From Clostridia bacterium (GTDB taxonomy: Bacteria; Bacillota; Clostridia; UBA1381; UMGS1253): a stretch of DNA of 64,000 nucleotides. The stretch lies in assembly GCA_045636325.1 (NCBI GenBank), contig JAZTXH010000011.1, forward strand, positions 9,377 to 73,376, in the 5' to 3' direction. A model generated the notes under the pieces. It saw only the letters and a program-made list of their open reading frames with translations, had not been told where the DNA came from and did not search any database. A program made the translations under genes and the position numbers. Positions 19,675 to 28,474 of the stretch are shown piece after piece; positions within the stretch are counted from its first letter, which is position 1; each line of letters starts with the position of its first letter.

Positions 19675-21555
19675 TTATTTCTTAACAATAGCGTTAAACT
19701 TACATGTAGACATACATACTCCACACTTAATACACTTAGACTGATCAATTGTATGAGCTGTTTTAACTGCACCTTCAATAGCTCCAACAGGACACTTTCT
19801 TGCACAAGCTGTACAACCTTTACACTTATCTTCTTCAATAGTATAACTCATAAGCTTCTTACAAACACCGGCAGGACATCTCTTGTCACGAACGTGAGCA
19901 ATATATTCGTCCTTAAAGTATTTTAATGTGCTTAATACAGGATTTGGGGCTGTCTGACCAAGACCACAGAAAGAAGATGCCTTAATTGCATTACACAATT
20001 CTTCAAGCTTGTCAAGGTCTTCCATTTCACCCCTGCCGTCAGTAATCTTTTCTAAAATTTCGTACAGACGCTTTGTACCTATACGGCAAGGTGAACACTT
20101 ACCGCATGATTCATCAACAGTAAACTCTAAAAAGAATTTTGCAATATCAACCATACAGTTGTCTTCATCCATAACAATAAGTCCGCCTGAACCCATCATT
20201 GAACCGATAGCCATAAGTGAATCATAGTCAATGGGAGTGTCAAGATGTGTAGAGGGAATACATCCGCCTGAAGGACCACCTGTCTGAGCGGCTTTAAACT
20301 TCTTGCCGTTAGGAATACCGCCGCCGATTTCTTCAATGATTTCGCGAAGTGTTGTACCCATAGGCACTTCCACCAAACCTGTATTTTTAATCTTACCGCC
20401 AAGAGCGAATACTTTTGTACCCTTACTCTTTTCAGTACCGATTGAATTAAACCAGTCAACACCTCTTAAAATAATGTGAGGAATGTTTGCATATGTTTCA
20501 ACATTATTTAAGATGGTGGGTTTTTCCCAAAGACCTTTTACAGCTGGGAACGGAGGACGGCTCTTAGGCTCACCTCTGTGACCTTCAATAGAAGTCATAA
20601 GTGCTGTTTCCTCACCACAAACAAACGCACCCGCGCCAAGACGTATTTCAACGTCAAAGCTAAAGTCTGACCCGAAAATGTTTTTGCCTAAAACTCCAAG
20701 CTCTCTTGCCTGGTCAATAGCTTTCTGCAAACGCTGAACAGCGATTGGATACTCTGCTCTTATATAAACATAACCCTGGTCTGAACCGATTGCATAACCC
20801 GCAATAGCCATAGCTTCCAAAACAACGTGAGGGTCACCTTCGAGCACACTTCTGTCCATAAATGCACCCGGATCACCTTCGTCAGCATTACATCCAACAT
20901 ATTTCTGACCCTTGGGCTGTTTTGCAGCAAAATCCCATTTCATGCCTGTGGGGAACCCTGCACCGCCACGACCGCGAAGATTTGACTTTTTCATTGTGTC
21001 AATAACTTCTTCAGGTGTCATTTCCTTAACGACTTTTGCAAGCGCCATGTATCCATCCATTGCAATGTATTCATTGATGTCTTCCGGATTGATAACACCA
21101 CAGTTACGAAGTGCGATACGCTGCTGCTTTTTATAAAAATCAATTTCATTCAAAGGCTTGATTTCGTCATCACCATGGACGCTTTCTTCATAAAGAAGCT
21201 CTTTAACAACATTACCTTTTACTAAATGCTCCTCTACAATTTTTTCAATATCCTCAAGTTTTACCATACTGTAAAAAGCACCTTCAGGATAAATAATAAC
21301 AATAGGACCTAATGCACAGAGGCCGAAACAACCTGTCTGTACAACTTTCACTTCGTTTTCAAGACCCTTTGCCTTAATCTGTTTATTAAACTCGTCCTGT
21401 AATTTTACAGAGCCTGAGGAAGTACATCCTGTACCACCGCAAACCATTACATGTGCCCTATATTCATCTCTCGGACAATCCTTAAGACCTTTTCTGATTA
21501 CAACCTCAGCCAAAGCCTTCTGGCGGATCTGATCCAATTCTGTTATACTCTTCAT
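19675..21555 (-). CDS. hydB: NuoF-like flavoprotein subunit of the hydrogenase (HydB)
   Basis: RGRGGAGFPTGMKW FMN/NADH motif, N-terminal thioredoxin-like 2Fe-2S region and C-terminal 2x[4Fe-4S] (CKGCTACARKCP, CIKCGVCMSTC). ATG 21555 follows AGGGAGGA; the ORF track extends to 21576. Confidence 0.9.
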   Translation of the reverse strand: MKSITELDQIRQKALAEVVIRKGLKDCPRDEYRAHVMVCGGTGCTSSGSVKLQDEFNKQIKAKGLENEVKVVQTGCFGLCALGPIVIIYPEGAFYSMVKLEDIEKIVEEHLVKGNVVKELLYEESVHGDDEIKPLNEIDFYKKQQRIALRNCGVINPEDINEYIAMDGYMALAKVVKEMTPEEVIDTMKKSNLRGRGGAGFPTGMKWDFAAKQPKGQKYVGCNADEGDPGAFMDRSVLEGDPHVVLEAMAIAGYAIGSDQGYVYIRAEYPIAVQRLQKAIDQARELGVLGKNIFGSDFSFDVEIRLGAGAFVCGEETALMTSIEGHRGEPKSRPPFPAVKGLWEKPTILNNVETYANIPHIILRGVDWFNSIGTEKSKGTKVFALGGKIKNTGLVEVPMGTTLREIIEEIGGGIPNGKKFKAAQTGGPSGGCIPSTHLDTPIDYDSLMAIGSMMGSGGLIVMDEDNCMVDIAKFFLEFTVDESCGKCSPCRIGTKRLYEILEKITDGRGEMEDLDKLEELCNAIKASSFCGLGQTAPNPVLSTLKYFKDEYIAHVRDKRCPAGVCKKLMSYTIEEDKCKGCTACARKCPVGAIEGAVKTAHTIDQSKCIKCGVCMSTCKFNAIVKK

Positions 21556-21639
21556 AACCGTCCTCCCTGTATTCAAGATAATAGTTAATAAATATCTGAT
21601 AATATCAAAATAAAAATTTTGTTTTATCCAATGTAATTA

Positions 21640-22131
21640 TCAGTCCATGTATTTTGCTAAAATATCTGCAACATCGTCCGGCAAAAGCTTGCCGTAAACT
21701 TCGTCATTAATTGTCATAACCGGAGCAAGACCGCAAGCTCCTATACAACGTGTAGCAACCAAAGAGAATTTACCATCAGGTGTACATTCGCCAACCTCAA
21801 TACCCAAAATCTCTTTCACCTTTTCCAAAATCTTGTCACTGCCTTTTACATAACAAGCAGTGCCCAAACAAATACCAATTTCATACTGACCTTTGGGATT
21901 AAGTGAGAACTGAGTGTAGAAAGTAACAATTCCGTAAACCTCCGCAAGTGGAACTCCCAAGCCTTCTGCAATCATAGTTTGAACCTCAATCGGAAGATAA
22001 CCATATACTTCCTGAGCCTTGTGAAGAACAGGAATAACTGCACCGCGGACATCTTTGTGTTCTTCAATTATTTTCTTAAGCTTTTCCGCCTGTTCCTGTG
22101 TTCCGTTAAAGGGTATAGCCTTCTTTTCCAT
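21640..22131 (-). CDS. hydC: NuoE-like 2Fe-2S subunit of the hydrogenase (HydC)
   Basis: ~163 aa. CLGTACYVKG ... CIGACGLAPV cysteine pattern of NuoE/HydC. ATG 22131 lies 9 nt after GGGAGG. Confidence 0.9.
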   Translation of the reverse strand: MEKKAIPFNGTQEQAEKLKKIIEEHKDVRGAVIPVLHKAQEVYGYLPIEVQTMIAEGLGVPLAEVYGIVTFYTQFSLNPKGQYEIGICLGTACYVKGSDKILEKVKEILGIEVGECTPDGKFSLVATRCIGACGLAPVMTINDEVYGKLLPDDVADILAKYMD

Positions 22132-22166
22132 CAACAAAAACCTCCCATATATGAATTTATGTTAAT

Positions 22167-22184
22167 TTATTAACTATTTAATAA
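22167..22184. promoter_or_regulatory. Rex-operator-like palindrome in the hydCBA leader
   Basis: TTATTAA-ctat-TTAATAA compared with the clostridial Rex consensus TTGTTAA-N4-TTAACAA. There is one symmetric mismatch per half-site, at the conserved G and C. It lies just downstream of the predicted -10. Confidence 0.25.
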
Positions 22185-22196
22185 ATCGTTCATTTT

Positions 22197-22225
22197 ATTA
22201 TACCAAACACGCAAATAAAATTCAA
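22197..22225 (-). promoter_or_regulatory. Sigma-A-type promoter of hydCBA
   Basis: The minus strand reads TTGAAT - 17 nt - TATAAT, with TGg immediately upstream of the -10 (extended -10). Confidence 0.55.
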
Positions 22226-22274
22226 TAGTTTTAGACATTTTTTTAATATTTTTTCACACTATTTTACCTTAACG

Positions 22275-22327
22275 CAAAAAACAAGGCTGTCTTCCTTTTA
22301 TAAAGAAAAACACAGCCTTGTTTTTTT
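22275..22327 (-). terminator. Terminator ending the polysaccharide operon
   Basis: acaaggctgt (22281-22290) / acagccttgt (22312-22321), with an A-run and a T-run on either side. Confidence 0.7.
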
Positions 22328-22328
22328 A

Positions 22329-22793
22329 TTAAAGTATTTCTTCCATAACTGTTTTCTGAGGCTTAAATCCCAGCTTTTCATAAAAATTTTTAGCCTCGCT
22401 GTTACATTCCCACACATTAAGTGTGATGTTGTAGCATCCGATTTCTTTTGCATAAGCCTTTACATATTCATAAAGTCTGTTTCCAATCTTTTTACCTCTT
22501 GCGTTTTCATCAACGCACAAATCGTCAACATAAAGACTTTTCATATCTTGAAAAATATTATCTCCTTCAATTTGTTTTATAATGCAAAAGCAATAACCCA
22601 AAACTTCACCGTTAAAATCATACACAAAAACAGGAGTCAAATCATTGTCTATAATTTTTTTTAGCTCATCGTCAGTGTATTTTCTGCAATTTGCTTTAAA
22701 AATGTCACTTCTGCCCTTATGATGCACATCTAAAACCTGACTCAAAAGCTTCTTAACAGCTTCAATATCTTTTATTTCACAACGCCTTATCAT
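22329..22793 (-). CDS. GNAT-family N-acetyltransferase
   Basis: ~154 aa. The acetyl-CoA binding region VDENARGKKIGNRLYEYV matches the R/Q-x-x-G-x-G/A pattern. ATG 22793 lies 2 nt after the fnlC stop. Confidence 0.75.
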   Translation of the reverse strand: MIRRCEIKDIEAVKKLLSQVLDVHHKGRSDIFKANCRKYTDDELKKIIDNDLTPVFVYDFNGEVLGYCFCIIKQIEGDNIFQDMKSLYVDDLCVDENARGKKIGNRLYEYVKAYAKEIGCYNITLNVWECNSEAKNFYEKLGFKPQKTVMEEIL

Positions 22794-22795
22794 TT

Positions 22796-23941
22796 TTACA
22801 CATCCTTGCGCCATACCATTTTATTAACAACGCCTGTGTAGCTTTGAATAATTTTTACAACCTTACTCGAAACATTTATTTCCTCATAAACAGTCACAAC
22901 TGTTCCCAAATCACCGTTTTTATTCATTTCAACAGCCACATCAACCGCCTGCAACACCTGTTCTGTTGTAATTCCCGCCAGAATAAAATTACCCTTATCC
23001 ATAGCTTCTGGACGCTCTGTGCTTGTTCTAATACAAATTGCAGGAATCGGGCTTCCGATTGATAAAAAGAAGCTGCTTTCTTCAGGAAGTGTTCCGCTGT
23101 CTGACACAACGGCAAAGGCATTCATCTGCAAATTGTTATAATCATGGAATCCAAGGGGGTTATGTGCTATCACGCGCTTATCAAATACAAAGTCACGTTC
23201 TTTTATAAATTTTTCACTTCTGGGATGACACGAATACAAAATAGGCATATCGTATTTTTCTGCCATAGCATTTACTGCATTCATAAGATTAAAGAAATTC
23301 TTTTCGTTATCAATATTTTCTTCTCTGTGGGCTGACAAAAGAATATACCTTCCCTTTTCAAGTCCAAGTCTGTTAAGCACATCACTCTTTTTAATCTGTT
23401 CTAAATTATCTGTAAGCACCTCTGCCATAGGTGAGCCTACAACATAAGTTCTTTCTTTTGCAACAGAAGATGCGTTTAAATACCTTCTTGCATGTTCAGA
23501 ATAACACATATTAACATCAGAAATAATATCTACTATCCTTCTGTTTGTTTCTTCAGGCAGACATTCATCAAAGCAACGGTTACCCGCTTCCATATGAAAT
23601 ATGGGAATATGAAGTCTTTTTGCACCAATAACGGAAAGACATGAATTTGTATCACCCAAAACAAATACAGCATCGGGTCTTTCTTCAACCATAAGCTTGT
23701 ACGACTTTGAAATAATGTTTCCCATCGTCTCGCCAAGGTCACTGCCTACAGCATCAAGGTAATAATCAGGGGCTCTTAATCCAAGGTCATCAAAAAACAC
23801 TTGATTTAGTGTATAATCCCAATTTTGTCCGGTGTGCACTAGAATTTGGTCAAAATATTTATCACAAGCTTTTATGCATGCACTAAGCCTGATTATTTCA
23901 GGTCTTGTTCCTATAATTGTCATCAGTTTTAACTTTTTCAC
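22796..23941 (-). CDS. fnlC: UDP-N-acetylglucosamine 2-epimerase, non-hydrolysing (FnlC/CapG-type)
   Basis: 381 aa. N-terminal LMTIIGTRPEIIRLS is typical of WecB/FnlC epimerases. Clustered with fnlA and fnlB. Confidence 0.85.
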   Translation of the reverse strand: MKKLKLMTIIGTRPEIIRLSACIKACDKYFDQILVHTGQNWDYTLNQVFFDDLGLRAPDYYLDAVGSDLGETMGNIISKSYKLMVEERPDAVFVLGDTNSCLSVIGAKRLHIPIFHMEAGNRCFDECLPEETNRRIVDIISDVNMCYSEHARRYLNASSVAKERTYVVGSPMAEVLTDNLEQIKKSDVLNRLGLEKGRYILLSAHREENIDNEKNFFNLMNAVNAMAEKYDMPILYSCHPRSEKFIKERDFVFDKRVIAHNPLGFHDYNNLQMNAFAVVSDSGTLPEESSFFLSIGSPIPAICIRTSTERPEAMDKGNFILAGITTEQVLQAVDVAVEMNKNGDLGTVVTVYEEINVSSKVVKIIQSYTGVVNKMVWRKDV

Positions 23942-23955
23942 ATCAACCTTCCTCC

Positions 23956-25107
23956 TTACACCTCAAGAAAATACGTATCCGGCTTATCCAGTTCGAAACA
24001 TTCATTGCACCACATTATAGTAACCATATCTTCATCGCCGAGATTTTCAATATTATGGGTATATCCCACCGGAATATCAACAACTTCAATTTTGTCGCCG
24101 GATACAAAATATTCAACAATTTCGTCTTCTCCGGCTTTTCTGAATCGTATAACACCCTTACCGCTTACTACAACAAACTTCTCATTTTTAGTATCGTGCC
24201 AGTGATTACCTTTCACTATTCCGGGCTTTGACACATTTACACTTACCTGACCATTAACTTTACTTTTAAACATTTCTGTAAATGAACCGCGCTCATCACA
24301 ATTCATTTTTAGCGGATATAAAAAGTCATCAATTTTTAAATAACTTAAATATGTACTGTACAACTTCTTTTCAAAGCTGCCTTCAGGCATATCGGGAATA
24401 TAATGGTTATTTCTGCTTTCTTTAAATTCATATAAAAGATCTGCAATTTCGCCAAGACTAACCTTATGTTTTACGGTTACATCACAGAACTTGTTATTTT
24501 CGTCATAACTCTCTTTGCCCGCTGCCGCTTTTAAAAATTCTTCTATAACATCATCTATATAAGCAAGTGTAAGCACGTGATTTCTGTCATTTACAGTAAT
24601 TTTAAAATCATTTGCAATATTATGGCAGAATGTTGCAATAACACTATTGTAATTTGGTCTGCACCATTTTCCAAACAAATTAGGCAGTCTGTAAACCATA
24701 ACCTTTGCGCCTGTTTCCTTTGAATATTCAAAAAGTAAATCTTCACCAGCTTTTTTACTTCTGCCGTAAGGATTGTCAAGTGCTGCCTGAATTGAAGATG
24801 TTATTACTACAGGTGCTTTGTTATTATGCTTTTTTAATGTGTCTAAAAGCACAGACGTAAACCCAAAATTACCCTTCATAAAATCTTCTTCTTTTTCAGG
24901 TCTGTTTACCCCTGCAAGATGATAAACAAAATCACACTTACTGCAATATTCGCAGAGTTTTTCCTCCGGAGTATCAATATCATACGAAAAAACCGTAATA
25001 TCCTCGCTTAAATAACGACATTTTCTTTTTCCGTCAGCAATATTTTGTAGTGCCCACACAAGATTTTTTCCAACAAATCCATTGGCACCGGTAACTAAAA
25101 TGTTCAT
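23956..25107 (-). CDS. fnlB: UDP-2-acetamido-2,6-dideoxy-hexulose reductase/epimerase (FnlB/CapF-type)
   Basis: 383 aa. N-terminal Rossmann MNILVTGANGFVGKNL plus a C-terminal cupin-like domain (GNHWH...), the two-domain CapF layout. Confidence 0.8.
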   Translation of the reverse strand: MNILVTGANGFVGKNLVWALQNIADGKRKCRYLSEDITVFSYDIDTPEEKLCEYCSKCDFVYHLAGVNRPEKEEDFMKGNFGFTSVLLDTLKKHNNKAPVVITSSIQAALDNPYGRSKKAGEDLLFEYSKETGAKVMVYRLPNLFGKWCRPNYNSVIATFCHNIANDFKITVNDRNHVLTLAYIDDVIEEFLKAAAGKESYDENNKFCDVTVKHKVSLGEIADLLYEFKESRNNHYIPDMPEGSFEKKLYSTYLSYLKIDDFLYPLKMNCDERGSFTEMFKSKVNGQVSVNVSKPGIVKGNHWHDTKNEKFVVVSGKGVIRFRKAGEDEIVEYFVSGDKIEVVDIPVGYTHNIENLGDEDMVTIMWCNECFELDKPDTYFLEV

Positions 25108-26255
25108 TTTATACCAATCCTTTTCTTAAACTGCTCTGACTTTAATGCCAAGTCTTTATCAAGATTTTTTTGCATTTTTATTTTGTTTTTTATCGTGTCT
25201 TTTTTTACAACGGAATACCCCGCTCTGTATACCCACATAGCAGGAAGCAAAAACGGCATCTTTTTTAAAATCTTATACTTTTTAGCCATTTCATTGTATG
25301 GCATAAAAAACATTCTTGCATAATGCTTAAGTGAGCGTTGCTCAATTGCAACCGACACATTCATTTCTTCTTTTGATACCAACTCACCATTTGCGATTAC
25401 ATAATCCGAAAGCTCTTTTATAACAGGATTTTTAACCTCTTCACTTTCAAACCAATATGAAGCCAATGCTCTTAAATTCCCTTCAATTTCATAAAGTTCA
25501 TATTCTTTAAGCATCCGGTTTATATAATCCCAATTAAGCTTTTCTTTATATGCTTTTATATATACCCATACATCCATTATCGATTTCATGCCAATACCCG
25601 CGTATCGCAAATGCTTTACCGCGTGTAAAATCACAAACAAATAATGATTTTCAAGTGTCAGGTTATAAAGAATTCCATCTTTTTGCTCAATGCTTTTTGC
25701 TATTTCTTCACTCAACCGATACCATTTGTCCATATTTTTATCCATCAGGTACCTGTGAACTTCGATATTAACAAGCTTATTTAAAACGTACTTATCGTGC
25801 ATTCCCATACCTATGCTGCCTTCTTCTGTAAAAAAACCTGCTTCCCTCATAATAGGATAAACCGCATCTGTATATTTTTCAGGTACATATATATCAATAT
25901 CGGACGATTGCCTGAAATGCGGCTGGGGATATAAATTTTTAAGCACTATTCCTTTAAGAGGCACAAACAAAATTTTGTTTTTTTCAAATAATTCAGATAC
26001 ATACGAAAAATTTGCCTCCTGAGCAACATTTTTCAAAATAGCTCTCTTATAATCTTTTTCAAGCTTTTCTGCAAAAGCATAATCAATTTCAAAATCGGCC
26101 CCTTTAAGCGCCTCATAGGCAATAACCGTAACCTGATGGCGGCGTGTAAGCTTATATAGCTTCATCATATCTGTGCCTTCCTCAGGCTTTATTAGCTTTT
26201 CACCGCACATTACGCATTTCACAAGATGAAGTAAATACTTTTCTTCTGCCGTCAT
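25104..26255 (-). CDS. Uncharacterised nucleotidyltransferase-fold protein (NTP_transf_5-like)
   Basis: 383 aa. LKGIVLKNLYPQPHFRQSSDIDIYV ... NIEVHRYL matches the pattern I associate with the 'uncharacterised nucleotidyltransferase' family. Its stop overlaps the fnlB start by 4 nt. Confidence 0.55.
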   Translation of the reverse strand: MTAEEKYLLHLVKCVMCGEKLIKPEEGTDMMKLYKLTRRHQVTVIAYEALKGADFEIDYAFAEKLEKDYKRAILKNVAQEANFSYVSELFEKNKILFVPLKGIVLKNLYPQPHFRQSSDIDIYVPEKYTDAVYPIMREAGFFTEEGSIGMGMHDKYVLNKLVNIEVHRYLMDKNMDKWYRLSEEIAKSIEQKDGILYNLTLENHYLFVILHAVKHLRYAGIGMKSIMDVWVYIKAYKEKLNWDYINRMLKEYELYEIEGNLRALASYWFESEEVKNPVIKELSDYVIANGELVSKEEMNVSVAIEQRSLKHYARMFFMPYNEMAKKYKILKKMPFLLPAMWVYRAGYSVVKKDTIKNKIKMQKNLDKDLALKSEQFKKRIGIK

Positions 26256-26274
26256 TTTTTTCTCCTAATAAGGG

Positions 26275-27315
26275 TTATTTTAAATTTTCCAGTTCCTGTC
26301 TTATGTATTCAAGGCTAAAAAGCTTTTGCTTAACCTCTTCTATGCTTAAAAGCTGCGTGTTTGAAGAATTAAACTCTGTCAAATGATTTCTCTTATTATC
26401 GCCATCTTTAAAATATTTGTCATAATTAAGATCACGCTTGTCCGCAGGTACACGATAAAAATCACCCATATCAACAGCATTTGCGCACTCTTCGTTGGTA
26501 AGAAGTGTTTCATACATTTTCTCACCATGACGAATACCAATAACCTTAATTTCACTTTTATTTTCTTTATCAAAAAGCTCTTTTACCGCCTGAGCCAGAA
26601 CTTCAATTGTGCAGGCAGGTGCTTTCTGCACCATAATATCACCGCTGTCTGCATTTTCAAAAGCAAACAAAACAAGCTCAACCGCTTCCTCCAATGACAT
26701 TATAAATCTTGTCATTTTAGGTTCAGTAACAGTTAAAGGATTACCCGCTTTTATCTGCTCAATAAAAAGCGGAATAACACTGCCTCTTGAACACATAACA
26801 TTTCCGTATCTTGTGCAGCAAATAAGTGTTTTATCAGGTGATACAGTACGGCTTTTTGCCACAACCACCTTTTCCATCATAGCTTTACTTGTTCCCATTG
26901 CATTTACCGGATATGCCGCTTTATCGGTTGAAAGGCATATTACCTTTTTAACGCCCTCATCAATTGCAGCAGTCAGCACATTATCTGTTCCCAAAACATT
27001 GGTTTTAACCGCTTCAACAGGAAAAAACTCACAAGATGGAACCTGTTTTAATGCCGCCGCATGAAAAATATAGTCCACCCCGTGCATTGCGTTTTTTACA
27101 CTCTGCAAGTCACGCACATCACCTATGTAAAATTTAATTTTAGCTGACTCTTCGGGATATTTTAACTGATACTCGTGACGCATATCGTCTTGCTTTTTTT
27201 CATCACGGGAAAAAATTCTTATCTCCCCTATATCAGTTTTTAAAAATCTGTTTAACACTGCATTACCGAACGAGCCGGTTCCACCGGTTATAAGTAAAGT
27301 TTTACCTTTAAACAT
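26275..27315 (-). CDS. fnlA: UDP-GlcNAc 4,6-dehydratase/5-epimerase (FnlA/CapE-type)
   Basis: 346 aa. MFKGKTLLITGGTGSFGNAVLNRFL ... HAAALKQVPSCEFFPVEAVKTNVLGT ... TDKAAYPVNAMGTSKAMMEK closely follows the CapE/FnlA/WbjB sequence pattern. Confidence 0.9.
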   Translation of the reverse strand: MFKGKTLLITGGTGSFGNAVLNRFLKTDIGEIRIFSRDEKKQDDMRHEYQLKYPEESAKIKFYIGDVRDLQSVKNAMHGVDYIFHAAALKQVPSCEFFPVEAVKTNVLGTDNVLTAAIDEGVKKVICLSTDKAAYPVNAMGTSKAMMEKVVVAKSRTVSPDKTLICCTRYGNVMCSRGSVIPLFIEQIKAGNPLTVTEPKMTRFIMSLEEAVELVLFAFENADSGDIMVQKAPACTIEVLAQAVKELFDKENKSEIKVIGIRHGEKMYETLLTNEECANAVDMGDFYRVPADKRDLNYDKYFKDGDNKRNHLTEFNSSNTQLLSIEEVKQKLFSLEYIRQELENLK

Positions 27316-28474
27316 AACTATTTACTCCTTTTAATAATTTTTTTATTATTCTTTTTATTTTATTAATGCAATGATGTATAATATTTTTACTTGTATATTT
27401 TTTAATATTCTTTTTTAAATCCATCTTATCAAGTTTCTTCATAAACTTTTGCCTTTTTGGAGACAAATCACACGACTTATGCGCTGACGGATTATATTTT
27501 ACTGCTTCATCAATATCACATAACTTATAAATCATCTCGTCTAATATTTTTTCAAACAAGCTTTTACCTTTTTCAGAATTTATAAACACCAATGATGTGC
27601 CTTTATTATCAAACATTTCCGGCAAAACCTTCTCGACACCCCAAAAATCTGCAAGCGTTATATCACTTTCACGTTCCAACGACTTCGAATGGCAGTTATA
27701 GCACGACGGTCTTAAATAAAGGTTAGCAAGAAAACCTTGCATAAATAAATCTTTGGGATAGATTTGTTCATACTCGCTACCGTTTGAAAACTCAAACCGT
27801 ACAGAGGACATTTGCCAACCATTTTGTTTAGAACGAAAAAATGTTTTATGTGTATGCGAATTTGTTTCTTTTTCGCGATATTCTATATATTTTTTCCATA
27901 CCTTTGGTGACGGAACACCGTGACAAATAACATCCGTCAATATTAAGTTTTCGTACTCTTTCATCAAAAAAGATTTTAATCCACTAATTTGACAAGGTGT
28001 TCCGGAGAACAAAACCATTTTATCGTTTATAAGATGTTCTTTTACCTGATTATATGTATCGCCTATGCTACTTTGAACATATTTTGAACCTCGAAGCTTG
28101 TATAATTCTGATTTTTCAGATATCTGTGTATGATACACATTAAGCTTTTCATCAAATGCTGCACCAAATACAACTCCGCCACAATTTAAAATTTCTTCTG
28201 CAAGCAATGTGAAAATACCACCTGAAGAACTGTCAAAGCGAATATTTTCATCTCTGTTAATACATGCATAAGCCTGCCCTTTAGGATTTCCTTTATATTG
28301 CTTTAATGCAGGGCACACTTTTTGACACAATCCACAGTTTACACATTTTGCTTCATCTGTAACAGGATACAAAAATCCTTCATCATCATGTTCCATTGTA
28401 ATGCAGTTGACGGGACAAATGTTATAACAGGCATGACAGCCTGAGCACTTTTGTTTTTTAATTATCGTCTGCAT
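27308..28474 (-). CDS. FrhB-like (coenzyme F420 hydrogenase beta-type) Fe-S flavoprotein
   Basis: 388 aa. Two N-terminal ferredoxin motifs, CSGCHACYNICP and CVNCGLCQKVCP, followed by an FrhB-like body. This type is commonly partnered with polysaccharide pyruvyltransferases. Confidence 0.65.
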   Translation of the reverse strand: MQTIIKKQKCSGCHACYNICPVNCITMEHDDEGFLYPVTDEAKCVNCGLCQKVCPALKQYKGNPKGQAYACINRDENIRFDSSSGGIFTLLAEEILNCGGVVFGAAFDEKLNVYHTQISEKSELYKLRGSKYVQSSIGDTYNQVKEHLINDKMVLFSGTPCQISGLKSFLMKEYENLILTDVICHGVPSPKVWKKYIEYREKETNSHTHKTFFRSKQNGWQMSSVRFEFSNGSEYEQIYPKDLFMQGFLANLYLRPSCYNCHSKSLERESDITLADFWGVEKVLPEMFDNKGTSLVFINSEKGKSLFEKILDEMIYKLCDIDEAVKYNPSAHKSCDLSPKRQKFMKKLDKMDLKKNIKKYTSKNIIHHCINKIKRIIKKLLKGVNSYV

